The notes under the pieces were generated by a model. It was not told the DNA's origin. It made no database searches and was given only the letters and a program-made list of their open reading frames with translations. From assembly GCF_001481685.1 (NCBI RefSeq), contig NZ_CP006867.1, positions 750,001 through 782,000 of the forward strand: a stretch of DNA of 32,000 nucleotides. The letters are read 5' to 3'. A program made the translations under genes and the position numbers. This stretch comes from Ignicoccus islandicus DSM 13165. Lineage in GTDB: Archaea; Thermoproteota; Thermoprotei_A; Sulfolobales; Ignicoccaceae. Position 1 is the first letter of the stretch. Each line of letters starts with the position of its first letter. Below, piece after piece: positions 15,288-24,326 of this stretch.

Positions 15288-16983
15288 AGAAGGGTATCGG
15301 TCTTTCCTTTTCTACTTCTTCCCTGATCTCCTGGAGTAACCCTTCAACGTAATTGGGATCTGAGAACTCTTCGGGTAACTTCTTGAATAGAGGCTTGGGC
15401 TCGCCTATCTCGTTCTTCGGAGGTCTAGAGTGTTCCTTCGCTAAAGTTCCTTTGGAGTTGACGTCTCCTTCTTCCCCTAGCATTTCCCATAGCCTTTGCG
15501 CAGAGGCGGGAGCGAAAGGCGCTAAGTGAAGCGCTATTTCTCTTAGTATATAGAGAGAGGTATACAAGACGTCGGAGGCTTTTTCGGGACAGCACTTAAG
15601 TAACTTCCATGGCTCCTTTTCGTTTAAGTACTTGTTCCCCAATCTAGCCATTTCAAGTAAGTAGTTCGTGGCTTCCTTCATTCTCACTTGGTACATTGCT
15701 TTAACGTACTTATCGTGAAGCTCCTCTATTTTCCTAGCTATCTCCTCATCGATCTTCCCATTTACGTTGCCGTTCAACTTTCTCTTTATTAATGTAAGGA
15801 CCCTATGAGCGAAATTACCTATGTCATCGTTTAATTCGGAGTTGACTATTCTGTAAAACTCGCTCCACGTGAAATTGGTATCCCTATCCTCAGGCCTCAT
15901 GCGAATCAATGCGAAGCGCCAATAATCGGGTTCGGGAACTAACTTCAACGCCTCGTCTATCCATACTCCTATTCTCCTACTCTTACTGAACTTCTTTCCT
16001 TCGTACATCAAGTATTCAGTAGCGGAAATGTTATATGGAAGCGGATACTCTTCGCCGGTCGCCCTTAAAAGTGCTGGTAGGATTATCGAGTGGAAAGGTA
16101 TGTTATCCTTCCCTATAAAATATACTGGTCTCGAGCTCTGGTCCTTCCAGAAGTATTCGAAGAGGTTCGTTCCGTTCTTGACGTCTAGTTCCTTTACGGC
16201 AGATAGGTATCCAAGGACCGCCTCGAACCATACGTATATAGTTTTACCTTCCGCTCCCGGAAACGGAGCGGGTATCCCCCACTTATTATCTCTTGTTATA
16301 GCTCTTGGAGTTAACCCTTCCTTGAGCCAATGCAGCGTCGTGTTCTTTACGTTCTCTGGTAGATCGCTTTCCTTTATCCATTGGTCCAAACCTTTAGCAG
16401 CTTTGGGTAAATCGAAGAAGAAGTGCTTCGTTTTCCTCCACGTCGGTCTACTTCCACACAAACTGCACTTAGGATCTATCAAGTCGACCGGATCCAGCAG
16501 TTTCCCGCAGAAGTCGCATTGATCTCCCCTAGCGCCTTTAGCGCCACAGTAAGGGCACGTACCTGTGACGAACCTATCAGGAAGGAACATTTCGTCTTTG
16601 AGACAGTAGGGCATTAGTAAATCTTTCGTAAAGACGTATCCGTTCTCGTAGATCTTCATAAACGTCTCTTGGACGAACTTTATGTGAACGTCGTTATGCG
16701 TTCTCGTGTAATTATCGAATGCTATCTCGAACCTCTCGAAGAGGGATTTAACGTAATTGTGCATTTTGTCAGTCAGTTCCTTAGGTTCCATACCTCTCTT
16801 CCTTGCCTCCACCTCAATTGGAGTTCCGTGTTCGTCGCTTCCCGAAACGGCTACTACGTCCTCGTCCATGAGTCTCAGAAAGCGCGCGAAGACGTCCGCC
16901 GATAGTATTGATCCTATTAAGTTTCCTAAGTGAGGCACTGCGTTAACGTAAGGCCACGCACTCCCTACGATCCACTTCGCCAC
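15280..16983 (-). CDS. metG: Methionyl-tRNA synthetase (core enzyme, no C-terminal Trbp111-like domain)
   Basis: PYVNAVPHLGNLIGS (HIGH-type), Zn knuckles CPYCGAKGARGDQCDFCG and CSLCG, KFSKSRRIG (KMSKS). Confidence 0.95.
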   Translation of the reverse strand: MAKWIVGSAWPYVNAVPHLGNLIGSILSADVFARFLRLMDEDVVAVSGSDEHGTPIEVEARKRGMEPKELTDKMHNYVKSLFERFEIAFDNYTRTHNDVHIKFVQETFMKIYENGYVFTKDLLMPYCLKDEMFLPDRFVTGTCPYCGAKGARGDQCDFCGKLLDPVDLIDPKCSLCGSRPTWRKTKHFFFDLPKAAKGLDQWIKESDLPENVKNTTLHWLKEGLTPRAITRDNKWGIPAPFPGAEGKTIYVWFEAVLGYLSAVKELDVKNGTNLFEYFWKDQSSRPVYFIGKDNIPFHSIILPALLRATGEEYPLPYNISATEYLMYEGKKFSKSRRIGVWIDEALKLVPEPDYWRFALIRMRPEDRDTNFTWSEFYRIVNSELNDDIGNFAHRVLTLIKRKLNGNVNGKIDEEIARKIEELHDKYVKAMYQVRMKEATNYLLEMARLGNKYLNEKEPWKLLKCCPEKASDVLYTSLYILREIALHLAPFAPASAQRLWEMLGEEGDVNSKGTLAKEHSRPPKNEIGEPKPLFKKLPEEFSDPNYVEGLLQEIREEVEKERPIPFFT

Positions 16984-17064
16984 ATTATCTCCCTAAATCC
17001 CTTCGGGTAAAGGTTTTTGGAGTATAATGCAGAATTAAAGGTCTCTCTAGTCTAGGCACAATCG

Positions 17065-18345
17065 GTGTTTCTGGTCTTGAACGGCACTGAGATCGTCTCG
17101 GTAAAAGGTCGTTGGATACTAGACTCCAGAGGCAATCCCACCGTTGAGGTTGACGTAACTACCGCTTGCGGTGCCTTGGGAAGGGCAGCAGCGCCATCTG
17201 GAGCCTCTAAAGGCACTAAGGAAGCACTGGAGCTAAGGGATGGTGGGAAGGAGTTCCATGGAAAGGGCGTTAACAAGGCCGTTTCCAACGTGAATAACGA
17301 GATAGCTAAGGCCCTAATTGGAATGGATTCATTGGAACAGAGAGCAATTGATTATAAAATGATAGAAATAGATGGGACGCCTAACAAGTCGAGATTGGGG
17401 GCAAATGCAATAGTTGCAACTAGCATGGCAGTAGCTAAGGCGGCTGCCAATAGCTTAGATCTCCCCCTTTATAAGTACCTCGGTGGTCCTCTAGCAGACC
17501 AGTTACCTACCCCGCTATTGAACGTCATAAACGGAGGGGCCCACGCTGGTAACGATTTGGCAATACAAGAGTTCATGATAGTTCCGTGGAACTTCGAAAG
17601 CTTCTCTGAGGCCTTGAGGGCGGCCTCTGAAATATACCACACGCTAAAGAACTTGCTAAAGGAGAAGTACGGTAAGTCTGCCGTAAACGTAGGCGATGAA
17701 GGAGGTTTCGCGCCACCTATGAGGGAGACTAGAGAGGCTCTTGACGCTTTGATGAAGGCAATAGAGATGAGCGGATACGAGGGATCAGTTGCCCTCGCGC
17801 TTGACGCAGCAGCCAGTCACTTCTACGACTCAAACAAGAAAGTTTACCTCATTGACGGAAAGGAGCTCGATAGAGAGAAATTACTTGAATTCTATGAGGA
17901 ATTAATAAAGGAATATCCGATAAAGAGTATTGAAGACCCTCTAGAAGAGACCGATTGGGAAGGCTTTAAGGAAGCTGTTAAGAGGCTAAAGATTAGAATA
18001 GTTGGTGACGACTTACTCGTAACTAATCCAACTATCGTTTCGAAGGCCATTGAAGAAGGGGTAGCTAACGCTGTTCTAGTTAAAGTAAATCAAATTGGTA
18101 CCGTTACGGAGGCATGGGAAGTAATCAAGTTAGCCCAAGAAAACAAGTGGGCCCCCATCGTTAGCCACAGGTCTGGTGAAACTGAAGACACCTTTATAGC
18201 AGACTTAGCGGTAGGGAGCTATTCTCCAGCGATAAAGACTGGTGCACCGGCCAGAGGCGAGAGAACGTGCAAATACAACCGATTGCTCAGAATAGAAGAA
18301 GAAATATCTAAGCCGAGGTTCGCCAGGAACAAGTACTTCCTTTAA
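17065..18345 (+). CDS. eno: Enolase (phosphopyruvate hydratase)
   Basis: ILDSRGNPTVEVDV, SHRSGETEDTFIADLAV, VKVNQIGTVTEA. GTG start. Confidence 0.95.
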   Translation: MFLVLNGTEIVSVKGRWILDSRGNPTVEVDVTTACGALGRAAAPSGASKGTKEALELRDGGKEFHGKGVNKAVSNVNNEIAKALIGMDSLEQRAIDYKMIEIDGTPNKSRLGANAIVATSMAVAKAAANSLDLPLYKYLGGPLADQLPTPLLNVINGGAHAGNDLAIQEFMIVPWNFESFSEALRAASEIYHTLKNLLKEKYGKSAVNVGDEGGFAPPMRETREALDALMKAIEMSGYEGSVALALDAAASHFYDSNKKVYLIDGKELDREKLLEFYEELIKEYPIKSIEDPLEETDWEGFKEAVKRLKIRIVGDDLLVTNPTIVSKAIEEGVANAVLVKVNQIGTVTEAWEVIKLAQENKWAPIVSHRSGETEDTFIADLAVGSYSPAIKTGAPARGERTCKYNRLLRIEEEISKPRFARNKYFL

Positions 18346-18686
18346 ACTTCCGCCTTCCTGAAGTACTTTCCTCCGCAAGGAGGTCTTTTCGGGTCGTCAA
18401 CTCTCTGCTTCAATCTAATACATATGTGAGTTATCCTCGAGTAATAGAGACAGTCTTCGCATGACACTCCAGGAACTTCTTGAGGTTGTTCCTCCTTCTT
18501 TGCCTCCCTTTTCTCAACTTCCTCTTTAACCTCCTTGATCTTTTCAGTTACGTGCGCCTTGTATATTGGACACTCCTCGTAGTTCTTGAGGCAAGGCATC
18601 TTCTTCAAATTTACAACTTGACCTGTCAAGGTACACTTTGCAGTCATAAACCCTCTCTTCAAATAGGGACATACCATTTCATTCAC
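18342..18686 (-). CDS. Hypothetical bipartite Cys-rich (2 x 4 Cys) protein with KE-rich linker, 114 aa
   Basis: Cys at 6, 18, 32, 39 (C-x11-C-x13-C-x6-CP) and at 76, 79, 89, 104 (CxxC-x9-C-x14-C), separated by EKIKEVKEEVEKREAKKEEQ. The start is 4 nt downstream of the panB stop, on the same strand. Confidence 0.55.
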   Translation of the reverse strand: MNEMVCPYLKRGFMTAKCTLTGQVVNLKKMPCLKNYEECPIYKAHVTEKIKEVKEEVEKREAKKEEQPQEVPGVSCEDCLYYSRITHICIRLKQRVDDPKRPPCGGKYFRKAEV

Positions 18687-18690
18687 CTCA

Positions 18691-19422
18691 CTAGAAGCTG
18701 TACTCTTCGTTTGGGAACTCTCCCTTCTTTACTTCCTCGACGTACTTCCTCACGGCTTCCGTTATAGCTTTTGAGCAATCGAAATAGACCTTGGCGAAAG
18801 GAGGTCTAATTTCACTTAGGCCTAATATGTCGTGAATCACAAGCACTTGTCCGGAACAGTGAGGACCGGCTCCTATGCATATAGTTGGGACGTTCACCTT
18901 CTCTGTTATTTCCTTTGCCACTTCCTTCTTGACGAACTCTATCACTATTGAATAAACGCCGGCTTCCTCCAGCGCTTTAGCGTCTTCGATAAGTTCCTTT
19001 GCCTCTTGGGGCGTCTTACCCCTTAAGCGGTAGCCGCCTAGCAGGTGTCTCTTTTGTGGGGTTAGGCCTAAGTGACCCATTACGGGAATACCGGCTTTAA
19101 CTATTCCGCGCACAACGTCGGTCATCTCGCTACCGCCCTCTATTTTAACTGACTCGGCGCCAACTCTGACCATTTCTATAGCGTTCCTCACGGCCTCGTT
19201 GACGGAGTACTCGTAAGAACCAAATGGCATATCGCCTACTATCATTGCTCTAGGCCTCGCTCTCGCTACGGCAGCTACGTGAATCAGCATCTCCTCAAAG
19301 CTCAGTTGGTTCGTTGAAGGATAACCTAATACCACCATAGCCAGCGAATCGCCGACTAATATCATATCTACACCAGCTTTATCAACCAGTTTGGCGGTAG
19401 GGTAATCGTAAGCGGTGACCAT
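18691..19422 (-). CDS. panB: 3-methyl-2-oxobutanoate hydroxymethyltransferase (ketopantoate hydroxymethyltransferase); true start probably upstream of 19422
   Basis: TAYDYPTAKL, VGDSLAMVVLGY, VKIEGG, GHLGLTPQ, IGAG, FPNEEYSF. Coordinates run from the first ATG. The conserved N-terminal helix is encoded upstream in the same open frame (see findings). Confidence 0.9.
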   Translation of the reverse strand: MVTAYDYPTAKLVDKAGVDMILVGDSLAMVVLGYPSTNQLSFEEMLIHVAAVARARPRAMIVGDMPFGSYEYSVNEAVRNAIEMVRVGAESVKIEGGSEMTDVVRGIVKAGIPVMGHLGLTPQKRHLLGGYRLRGKTPQEAKELIEDAKALEEAGVYSIVIEFVKKEVAKEITEKVNVPTICIGAGPHCSGQVLVIHDILGLSEIRPPFAKVYFDCSKAITEAVRKYVEEVKKGEFPNEEYSF

Positions 19423-19556
19423 GGCAATGCGTTCTCCTTTCTCGTACTTCTTTAATATGGTCCTTAGCGTAACTTTCCCTTCAGTGGACGTGATTTGAAA
19501 TCCCCCGTTAACGCTTTACTATTGATTCCCATATTTACTTTGGCTTTCTATTGGTT

Positions 19557-21773
19557 TCACTCTCTCAACGTTACGAGCTGGCCTAGCGATATTCCGCCAT
19601 CGCCCGGAGGCACGCGTTTCGGTAAGAAGACCTCCTTCAGTACGTCTTTCACTCCTTCGTAGAAGGGTTGGTTGACTGCTGCACCGCCAGAAATTACCTT
19701 AGGTAGTTCCATATCTCTAATACATAGAGCAAAGTTATAACCTAAGTTGAATTGGATGGTGTAGGCGACGTCCTTAATTCTCGCCCCCCTTTCAAGTTCC
19801 ATTAGTGCTCTTAGGATCAATTCGTGTCCATCGATTAAGTTTCCCTTAACGAAGTCTTCCTTGAATAGAGGTTTCCCTCCAAACGAGGTCGCTTCCAGTA
19901 GCATTGCTGGCTCTCCTTCATACGTTCTAACCTTCGAAATACCTAGTAACACTGAAGCTGCGTCCAGGAGTCTTCCTAAAGAGGAGGAATTGGGTGACGA
20001 ATTTAGGGTCTTAAGCGTTAGTTCGAACTCGAGTTCCTTACCCGGCAACGCCTCCGATAATTCTTCAGAGAATCGGTCAAGTTCCCCTAATTCGTGAAGT
20101 ATTGAGATCGCTATTCTAGCTGGGTACTTAACTGCTCTATCTCCGCCGGGTAGCTTGTAATACCTTAAGTGGCAGAGCCTCTCGAAGCCCCTTAAGTTAC
20201 TATATATTACTTCGCCTCCCCATATAGCTCCGTCCTCTCCGTAACCGGTTCCATCTATAGCTATTCCAACTGCCTCTTCAAGCCCCAAGTCAGCCATAAC
20301 CGAATTAACGTGTGCGTGATGATGTTGTACTTCAACTACTTCCGAGCCCATTTCCTCCGCTATCGTTAAACCCAATTTCCGAGAATTATAGAGAGGGTGT
20401 TTATCCACTACTACGAAAGACGGCTCAACAGAATATTGCTCAACGAACCATCTCAGTTCTTTTTCCAAGAACTCTAAGTTCTCTAACTCGTCCGTATCAC
20501 CTATGTACTGCGTCATGACGACCTTGTTCTCAAATGAAACCGCTCCTACGTTCTGAAGCTCTGCCCCAACCGCCAATGCCTCTGGAAGGCGCCACCTTAC
20601 CTCAATCCACCTCGGTGCGTAACCTCTGGATCTCCTAAGGAACACGTAACTGTTCCCAGTCCTCCTAATTACGCTATCGTCCACGCGGTGGACTATTTCT
20701 CTGTCATGATCCAAAACGTAATCTGCTACCCCCATCTCTAAAACGCATTTCAAGTCTATGCAAGTAGGCTTCCCCGTGGGATTGGCTGACGTCATTATTG
20801 AGAACTTTTCCTTAGTTTGCATTAGTAGTAGGTAGTGAAGGCCCGTATACGCTCTCATGACGCCTATTAACTCGTGTCCGGGAGCGACCCATTCGCTAAC
20901 AGCTCCCTCCCTTTTCGGAGCCAGAATTATCGGAGCCTCTGGCGACGAGAACAGGTCCCTATCTAAGTCTTTTACTATTCCCAATGCTACCTCGTAGTTT
21001 AACGCCATCAGAGCAAAGGGCTTCCTAGGCCTGTTCTTCCTCTTTCTAAGTTCTAGAACTACTTCGTCGCTCGTTGCCTTAGCAGCTAAGTGGTACCCAC
21101 CCATGCCCTTAATCGCTAGAATGAACCCCTCCTCTAGTAGCTTCGCGGCCTCGGTGATCGGGTCGCGCACTAATACAGTTTTCCCGTCCGAATCTCTTAG
21201 GGTAACTCTGGGCCCACATCTATTACATGAAATTCCTTGAGCGTGGTACCTCCTATCCTCTATTGAGGAATACTCTCGCTCGCACTCCGGGCAGAGCGGG
21301 TACGGAGCCATGGACGTATTTTCTCGGTCATATGGTAACATTTTGATCATTGAAAACCTAGGACCACATTTCGCGCAGCTGTTCAGCGCGTAACGAAAGC
21401 GCCGAGAGAAAGGGTTCAAGATCTCTTTTAGGCAATTTTCGCAAATGGCGAAATCGGGAGGCACTTGGGACCTTTTCCCTGCTCCGCCGCTCGGGAGGAT
21501 GCGGAAATCCTCGAACCCTTTGGGGCTCGCTTCGATTACGTCCAATTGCTCTATCTCTATAGGCGGAGGAAGCTTCTTTAAGTCGTCTAGGAAGTTCTCC
21601 ACTTGGATGCCCTCTACCCATATTTCGACCGAACCACCGGAAACGTTCTTCACGTATCCCCCTAGACCGTACTTCCTTGCTAACCTGGCAACGTCCGGTC
21701 GGAACCCGACGCCTTGCACTAGTCCCTTTACCTTGATTAGATACGCCTTCTTCATTTCCTTCACTTCTCGCAA
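19557..21773 (-). CDS. hypF: [NiFe]-hydrogenase maturation carbamoyltransferase HypF
   Basis: Acylphosphatase domain (VKGLVQGVGFRPDVARLA...GYVKN), two Zn-finger pairs (CENC...CAKCGPRFS; CPEC...CNRCGPR), a YrdC-like domain and a Kae1-like domain (QHHHAH). Confidence 0.95.
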   Translation of the reverse strand: MREVKEMKKAYLIKVKGLVQGVGFRPDVARLARKYGLGGYVKNVSGGSVEIWVEGIQVENFLDDLKKLPPPIEIEQLDVIEASPKGFEDFRILPSGGAGKRSQVPPDFAICENCLKEILNPFSRRFRYALNSCAKCGPRFSMIKMLPYDRENTSMAPYPLCPECEREYSSIEDRRYHAQGISCNRCGPRVTLRDSDGKTVLVRDPITEAAKLLEEGFILAIKGMGGYHLAAKATSDEVVLELRKRKNRPRKPFALMALNYEVALGIVKDLDRDLFSSPEAPIILAPKREGAVSEWVAPGHELIGVMRAYTGLHYLLLMQTKEKFSIMTSANPTGKPTCIDLKCVLEMGVADYVLDHDREIVHRVDDSVIRRTGNSYVFLRRSRGYAPRWIEVRWRLPEALAVGAELQNVGAVSFENKVVMTQYIGDTDELENLEFLEKELRWFVEQYSVEPSFVVVDKHPLYNSRKLGLTIAEEMGSEVVEVQHHHAHVNSVMADLGLEEAVGIAIDGTGYGEDGAIWGGEVIYSNLRGFERLCHLRYYKLPGGDRAVKYPARIAISILHELGELDRFSEELSEALPGKELEFELTLKTLNSSPNSSSLGRLLDAASVLLGISKVRTYEGEPAMLLEATSFGGKPLFKEDFVKGNLIDGHELILRALMELERGARIKDVAYTIQFNLGYNFALCIRDMELPKVISGGAAVNQPFYEGVKDVLKEVFLPKRVPPGDGGISLGQLVTLRE

Positions 21774-21806
21774 ATAAACTTTAGTAGAAGCGAGAACTGA
21801 CGCCTA

Positions 21807-21894
21807 TGGTGCGGGGGGTGGGATTTGAACCCACGCCGGCCTACGCCAGCGGGTCTTGAGCCCGCCCCCTTCGACCAGGCTCGGGCACCCCCGC
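21807..21894 (-). tRNA. tRNA-Leu (anticodon CAA), 3'-CCA genomically encoded
   Basis: Reverse complement reads GCGGGGGUGCCCGAGCCUGGUCGAAGGGGGCGGGCUCAAGACCCGCUGGCGUAGGCCGGCGUGGGUUCAAAUCCCACCCCCCGCACCA. Acceptor GCGGGGG/CCCCCGC, anticodon stem GCGGG/CCCGC with loop CUCAAGA, long variable arm, T arm GUGGG-UUCAAAU-CCCAC. Confidence 0.9.
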
Positions 21895-21931
21895 TCCATG
21901 GTGTGGGGAGCCTTGTGCCTAATAAGTTTAG

Positions 21932-22555
21932 TTACATTGGTATAGCCCTTAGCACTGAGAGTATTAATATCGATGAAAACGAAGATATCGCGTACGCCTC
22001 CGCTACCTCAACCGGTCTATGTGCTTTTAGTACAACTCTCGACCAAGCCACTACTAACGCTATCGCCCCGAAGGCCACGCCCCACCATAAGCCTAGCGCC
22101 CAGCCCAACACTATCGCTGTGGTCACGGCCGTGGACACATGGACGCTCACTTTTATAAAGTAAGAAGCTATCGCAACGAAGAAAGCCGTAGTTGCGTAAA
22201 CGGCCGTAGCTATTGAAAGGTACTTAGCTCCCATTAAGCCCAGTAGGGAGGAACCAATGAAGCCGCCAGTAGAGGACAAGAGCAAGTACTTAGGCCTCTT
22301 CCATCTCTCATCGACGTTCCAATTGGTTTTTCCGCTCTTTACTCCGTGATAATGGAAAGTGAATGGGAAAATGGCTAAAGAGGCGAGCGATATGAAGGCG
22401 TAGTACGGATTACCGTCCTTCCACGCGCTTATGGGAAACAACGCCACAGCGAACGAATACGGATTAAATACGAGGGAAATCAAAGCAGCTACTACGTGCT
22501 TTAGTGCTAAGCTACTTTCCTCTATTATTAGGCCTATAAGTGAGTCGAACCTCAC
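21932..22555 (-). CDS. Polytopic membrane protein, tentatively PAP2-superfamily phosphatase-like
   Basis: About 6 hydrophobic helices. WSRVVLKAHRPVEV resembles the PAP2 C3 motif SRx5Hx3D (with D to E), and KVSVHVS lies about 33 aa upstream as a possible SxH C2 motif. There is no clean Kx6RP motif. Confidence 0.45.
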   Translation of the reverse strand: MRFDSLIGLIIEESSLALKHVVAALISLVFNPYSFAVALFPISAWKDGNPYYAFISLASLAIFPFTFHYHGVKSGKTNWNVDERWKRPKYLLLSSTGGFIGSSLLGLMGAKYLSIATAVYATTAFFVAIASYFIKVSVHVSTAVTTAIVLGWALGLWWGVAFGAIALVVAWSRVVLKAHRPVEVAEAYAISSFSSILILSVLRAIPM

Positions 22556-22989
22556 TTCGTTTTCCCTCTTATTATCTTTGATGTCTTCAAACCGTATACG
22601 GCGTTCGATAGCTCATCGATTTCGTCGTTTGGAATGGAATTGGTGACTACCAAGGGTCCTCCTTCATCATAGAGGAAAAGCGCCAGTTCCCTATTTCTCG
22701 CATATACCCATACGTCATCAGTTAGGCCTTTGATTTGATCTACTATGTCAACGTAGTATTTCTTCATTATGTTCCTCCTGACGTTAAAGGGCGTGATCAG
22801 GGCAGCGCCGCTTTGAGAGAGAACTTCTTCCACGACTTTTTCGTTGTAATTATCCCGCGACGTTAAAATCACGAAATCGATATCGATTGCGTCTTCGGGT
22901 ATTCCTTGCGGATCGATCAATATGGTTACGTCATCGCCCCTTATCACTATTCCCTTGTTCGTTTTTATTACGTCCCACTTATTGCTCAA
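22552..22989 (-). CDS. Hypothetical soluble protein, 145 aa
   Basis: ORF overlaps aroA (11 nt) and the downstream membrane-protein gene (4 nt), suggesting co-translation. No diagnostic motif. Confidence 0.5.
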   Translation of the reverse strand: MSNKWDVIKTNKGIVIRGDDVTILIDPQGIPEDAIDIDFVILTSRDNYNEKVVEEVLSQSGAALITPFNVRRNIMKKYYVDIVDQIKGLTDDVWVYARNRELALFLYDEGGPLVVTNSIPNDEIDELSNAVYGLKTSKIIRGKTK

Positions 22990-24250
22990 GAATCCTCACC
23001 CCTATTCTCTTCAATACGTCCCAGTACTCCGGCCAGCTCTTTCTGACGCATTCGGCGTTATCAATTCTGGCTCCTATATGAGCGCCTAGTATGGAAGCCA
23101 TCATTGCCACTCTATGGTCGTCCGGGCACGTTATAACACATGGCTTTAGGGAGACCGTACCCCACACCCTTATGCTACCTGCATCGTACTTGGCGCTAAC
23201 GCCGAAGCACTTGAGGGTATTTATTATTTGTTCTATTCTGTTAGACTCTTTGTATGCTAAGTGCGAAAGACCCCTAAAGACAGACTCCCCCTCAGCTAGC
23301 GCAGCTACTGCTATGAGCGGTAAGGCCAAATCAGGTTCATCTCTCAAGTTGAGCCTTACCGCCTTCGGTCTTTCGTCCATACGTACCTCAACGGAACCGC
23401 TGTAGTAATTCACTTTAGCACCAAATGCTTTCAAGTAATCCAATATCTTGTGATCACCGGGTCCCTCGCTTGGAAACGGCAAACCCTTTACAGTTATTGA
23501 GCCCTTGGTGGTTAACGCTAAAGCCATTGGAAAGGCAGCTAAAGCGTAATCGCCCGGTATTTCAAGTTCAACTGGCTTTAGATGAGATGGCTGTACGCTA
23601 CATTCGGTAAACGACTCGTTACAACTTACGGAGGCACCGAACTTTTCCATAACTTCGACCGTTAAGGCAACGTAACCTCTAGATACTAGATTCGGAGACC
23701 TAATGGAAACTCCGTTCTCGCTTTTAGTACCCGCTATTAAGGCTGAAGTAACGTGCTGACTAGTTACGCTTCCATCCACTTCAGCGATTCCTCCGGGAAG
23801 ACCCCCGAAGGATACCACCGGTAAGAGACCGTTCCGAAGACTTCTAACGTCAGCTCCCAAGGCTCTAAAAGTTTCTATTACTGGAGTCATAGGCCTCCTA
23901 CGGAGGCTCGCGTTCCCGGTGATTACGCTTCCCGTACCCCTTGGGACGAGCGTTCCAATTCCAATTGCTATTCTAGCTCCAGTTCCGGAACCCCTCAAGT
24001 TTATTACGTCTTCGGGCGTCTTTACGTCTCCACCTTTAACTGTAATTGAACCTATTTCCATGCTCACTTCAGCACCGAAAGCCTCTATTGCTTCTAGGGA
24101 GGCTTGAACGTCGTCAGCGTCTGGTAAATTAGTTATTTCGCTCTCCCCTTCTGCTAGAAGGGAAAGGAACAAGGCCCTCTGTGCCCAGCTCTTGCTTGGG
24201 GGAGCGTTCAGCTCTCCTGAAACTCTAGAGGGTTGTATTGTGACTTTCAA
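22979..24250 (-). CDS. aroA: 3-phosphoshikimate 1-carboxyvinyltransferase (EPSP synthase)
   Basis: PPSKSWAQRALFLSLLAEGES, LRGSGTGARI, AYKESNRIEQI, DHRVAMMASILG. TTG start. Confidence 0.95.
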   Translation of the reverse strand: MKVTIQPSRVSGELNAPPSKSWAQRALFLSLLAEGESEITNLPDADDVQASLEAIEAFGAEVSMEIGSITVKGGDVKTPEDVINLRGSGTGARIAIGIGTLVPRGTGSVITGNASLRRRPMTPVIETFRALGADVRSLRNGLLPVVSFGGLPGGIAEVDGSVTSQHVTSALIAGTKSENGVSIRSPNLVSRGYVALTVEVMEKFGASVSCNESFTECSVQPSHLKPVELEIPGDYALAAFPMALALTTKGSITVKGLPFPSEGPGDHKILDYLKAFGAKVNYYSGSVEVRMDERPKAVRLNLRDEPDLALPLIAVAALAEGESVFRGLSHLAYKESNRIEQIINTLKCFGVSAKYDAGSIRVWGTVSLKPCVITCPDDHRVAMMASILGAHIGARIDNAECVRKSWPEYWDVLKRIGVRILEQ

Positions 24251-24326
24251 GTTCTATTCGTCCCGCTAACGTATTCTTCGACGCGAAATTTAACCGTCCG
24301 TAAAGCGGTAGAGCCGATCACCGATC

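Noticed and set aside
20313-20321. GTGATGATG resembling a C/D-box sRNA C box
   Set aside because: It lies inside hypF, where its complement encodes the conserved HHH of the QHHHAH motif, and no D box (CUGA) follows at the expected spacing. I also scanned the intergenic gaps for RUGAUGA...CUGA pairs and found none convincing.
21825-22163. 112-aa plus-strand ORF
   Set aside because: It overlaps the tRNA-Leu gene and runs antisense to a well-supported membrane-protein gene. It is a Pro/Ala/Thr-rich shadow translation.
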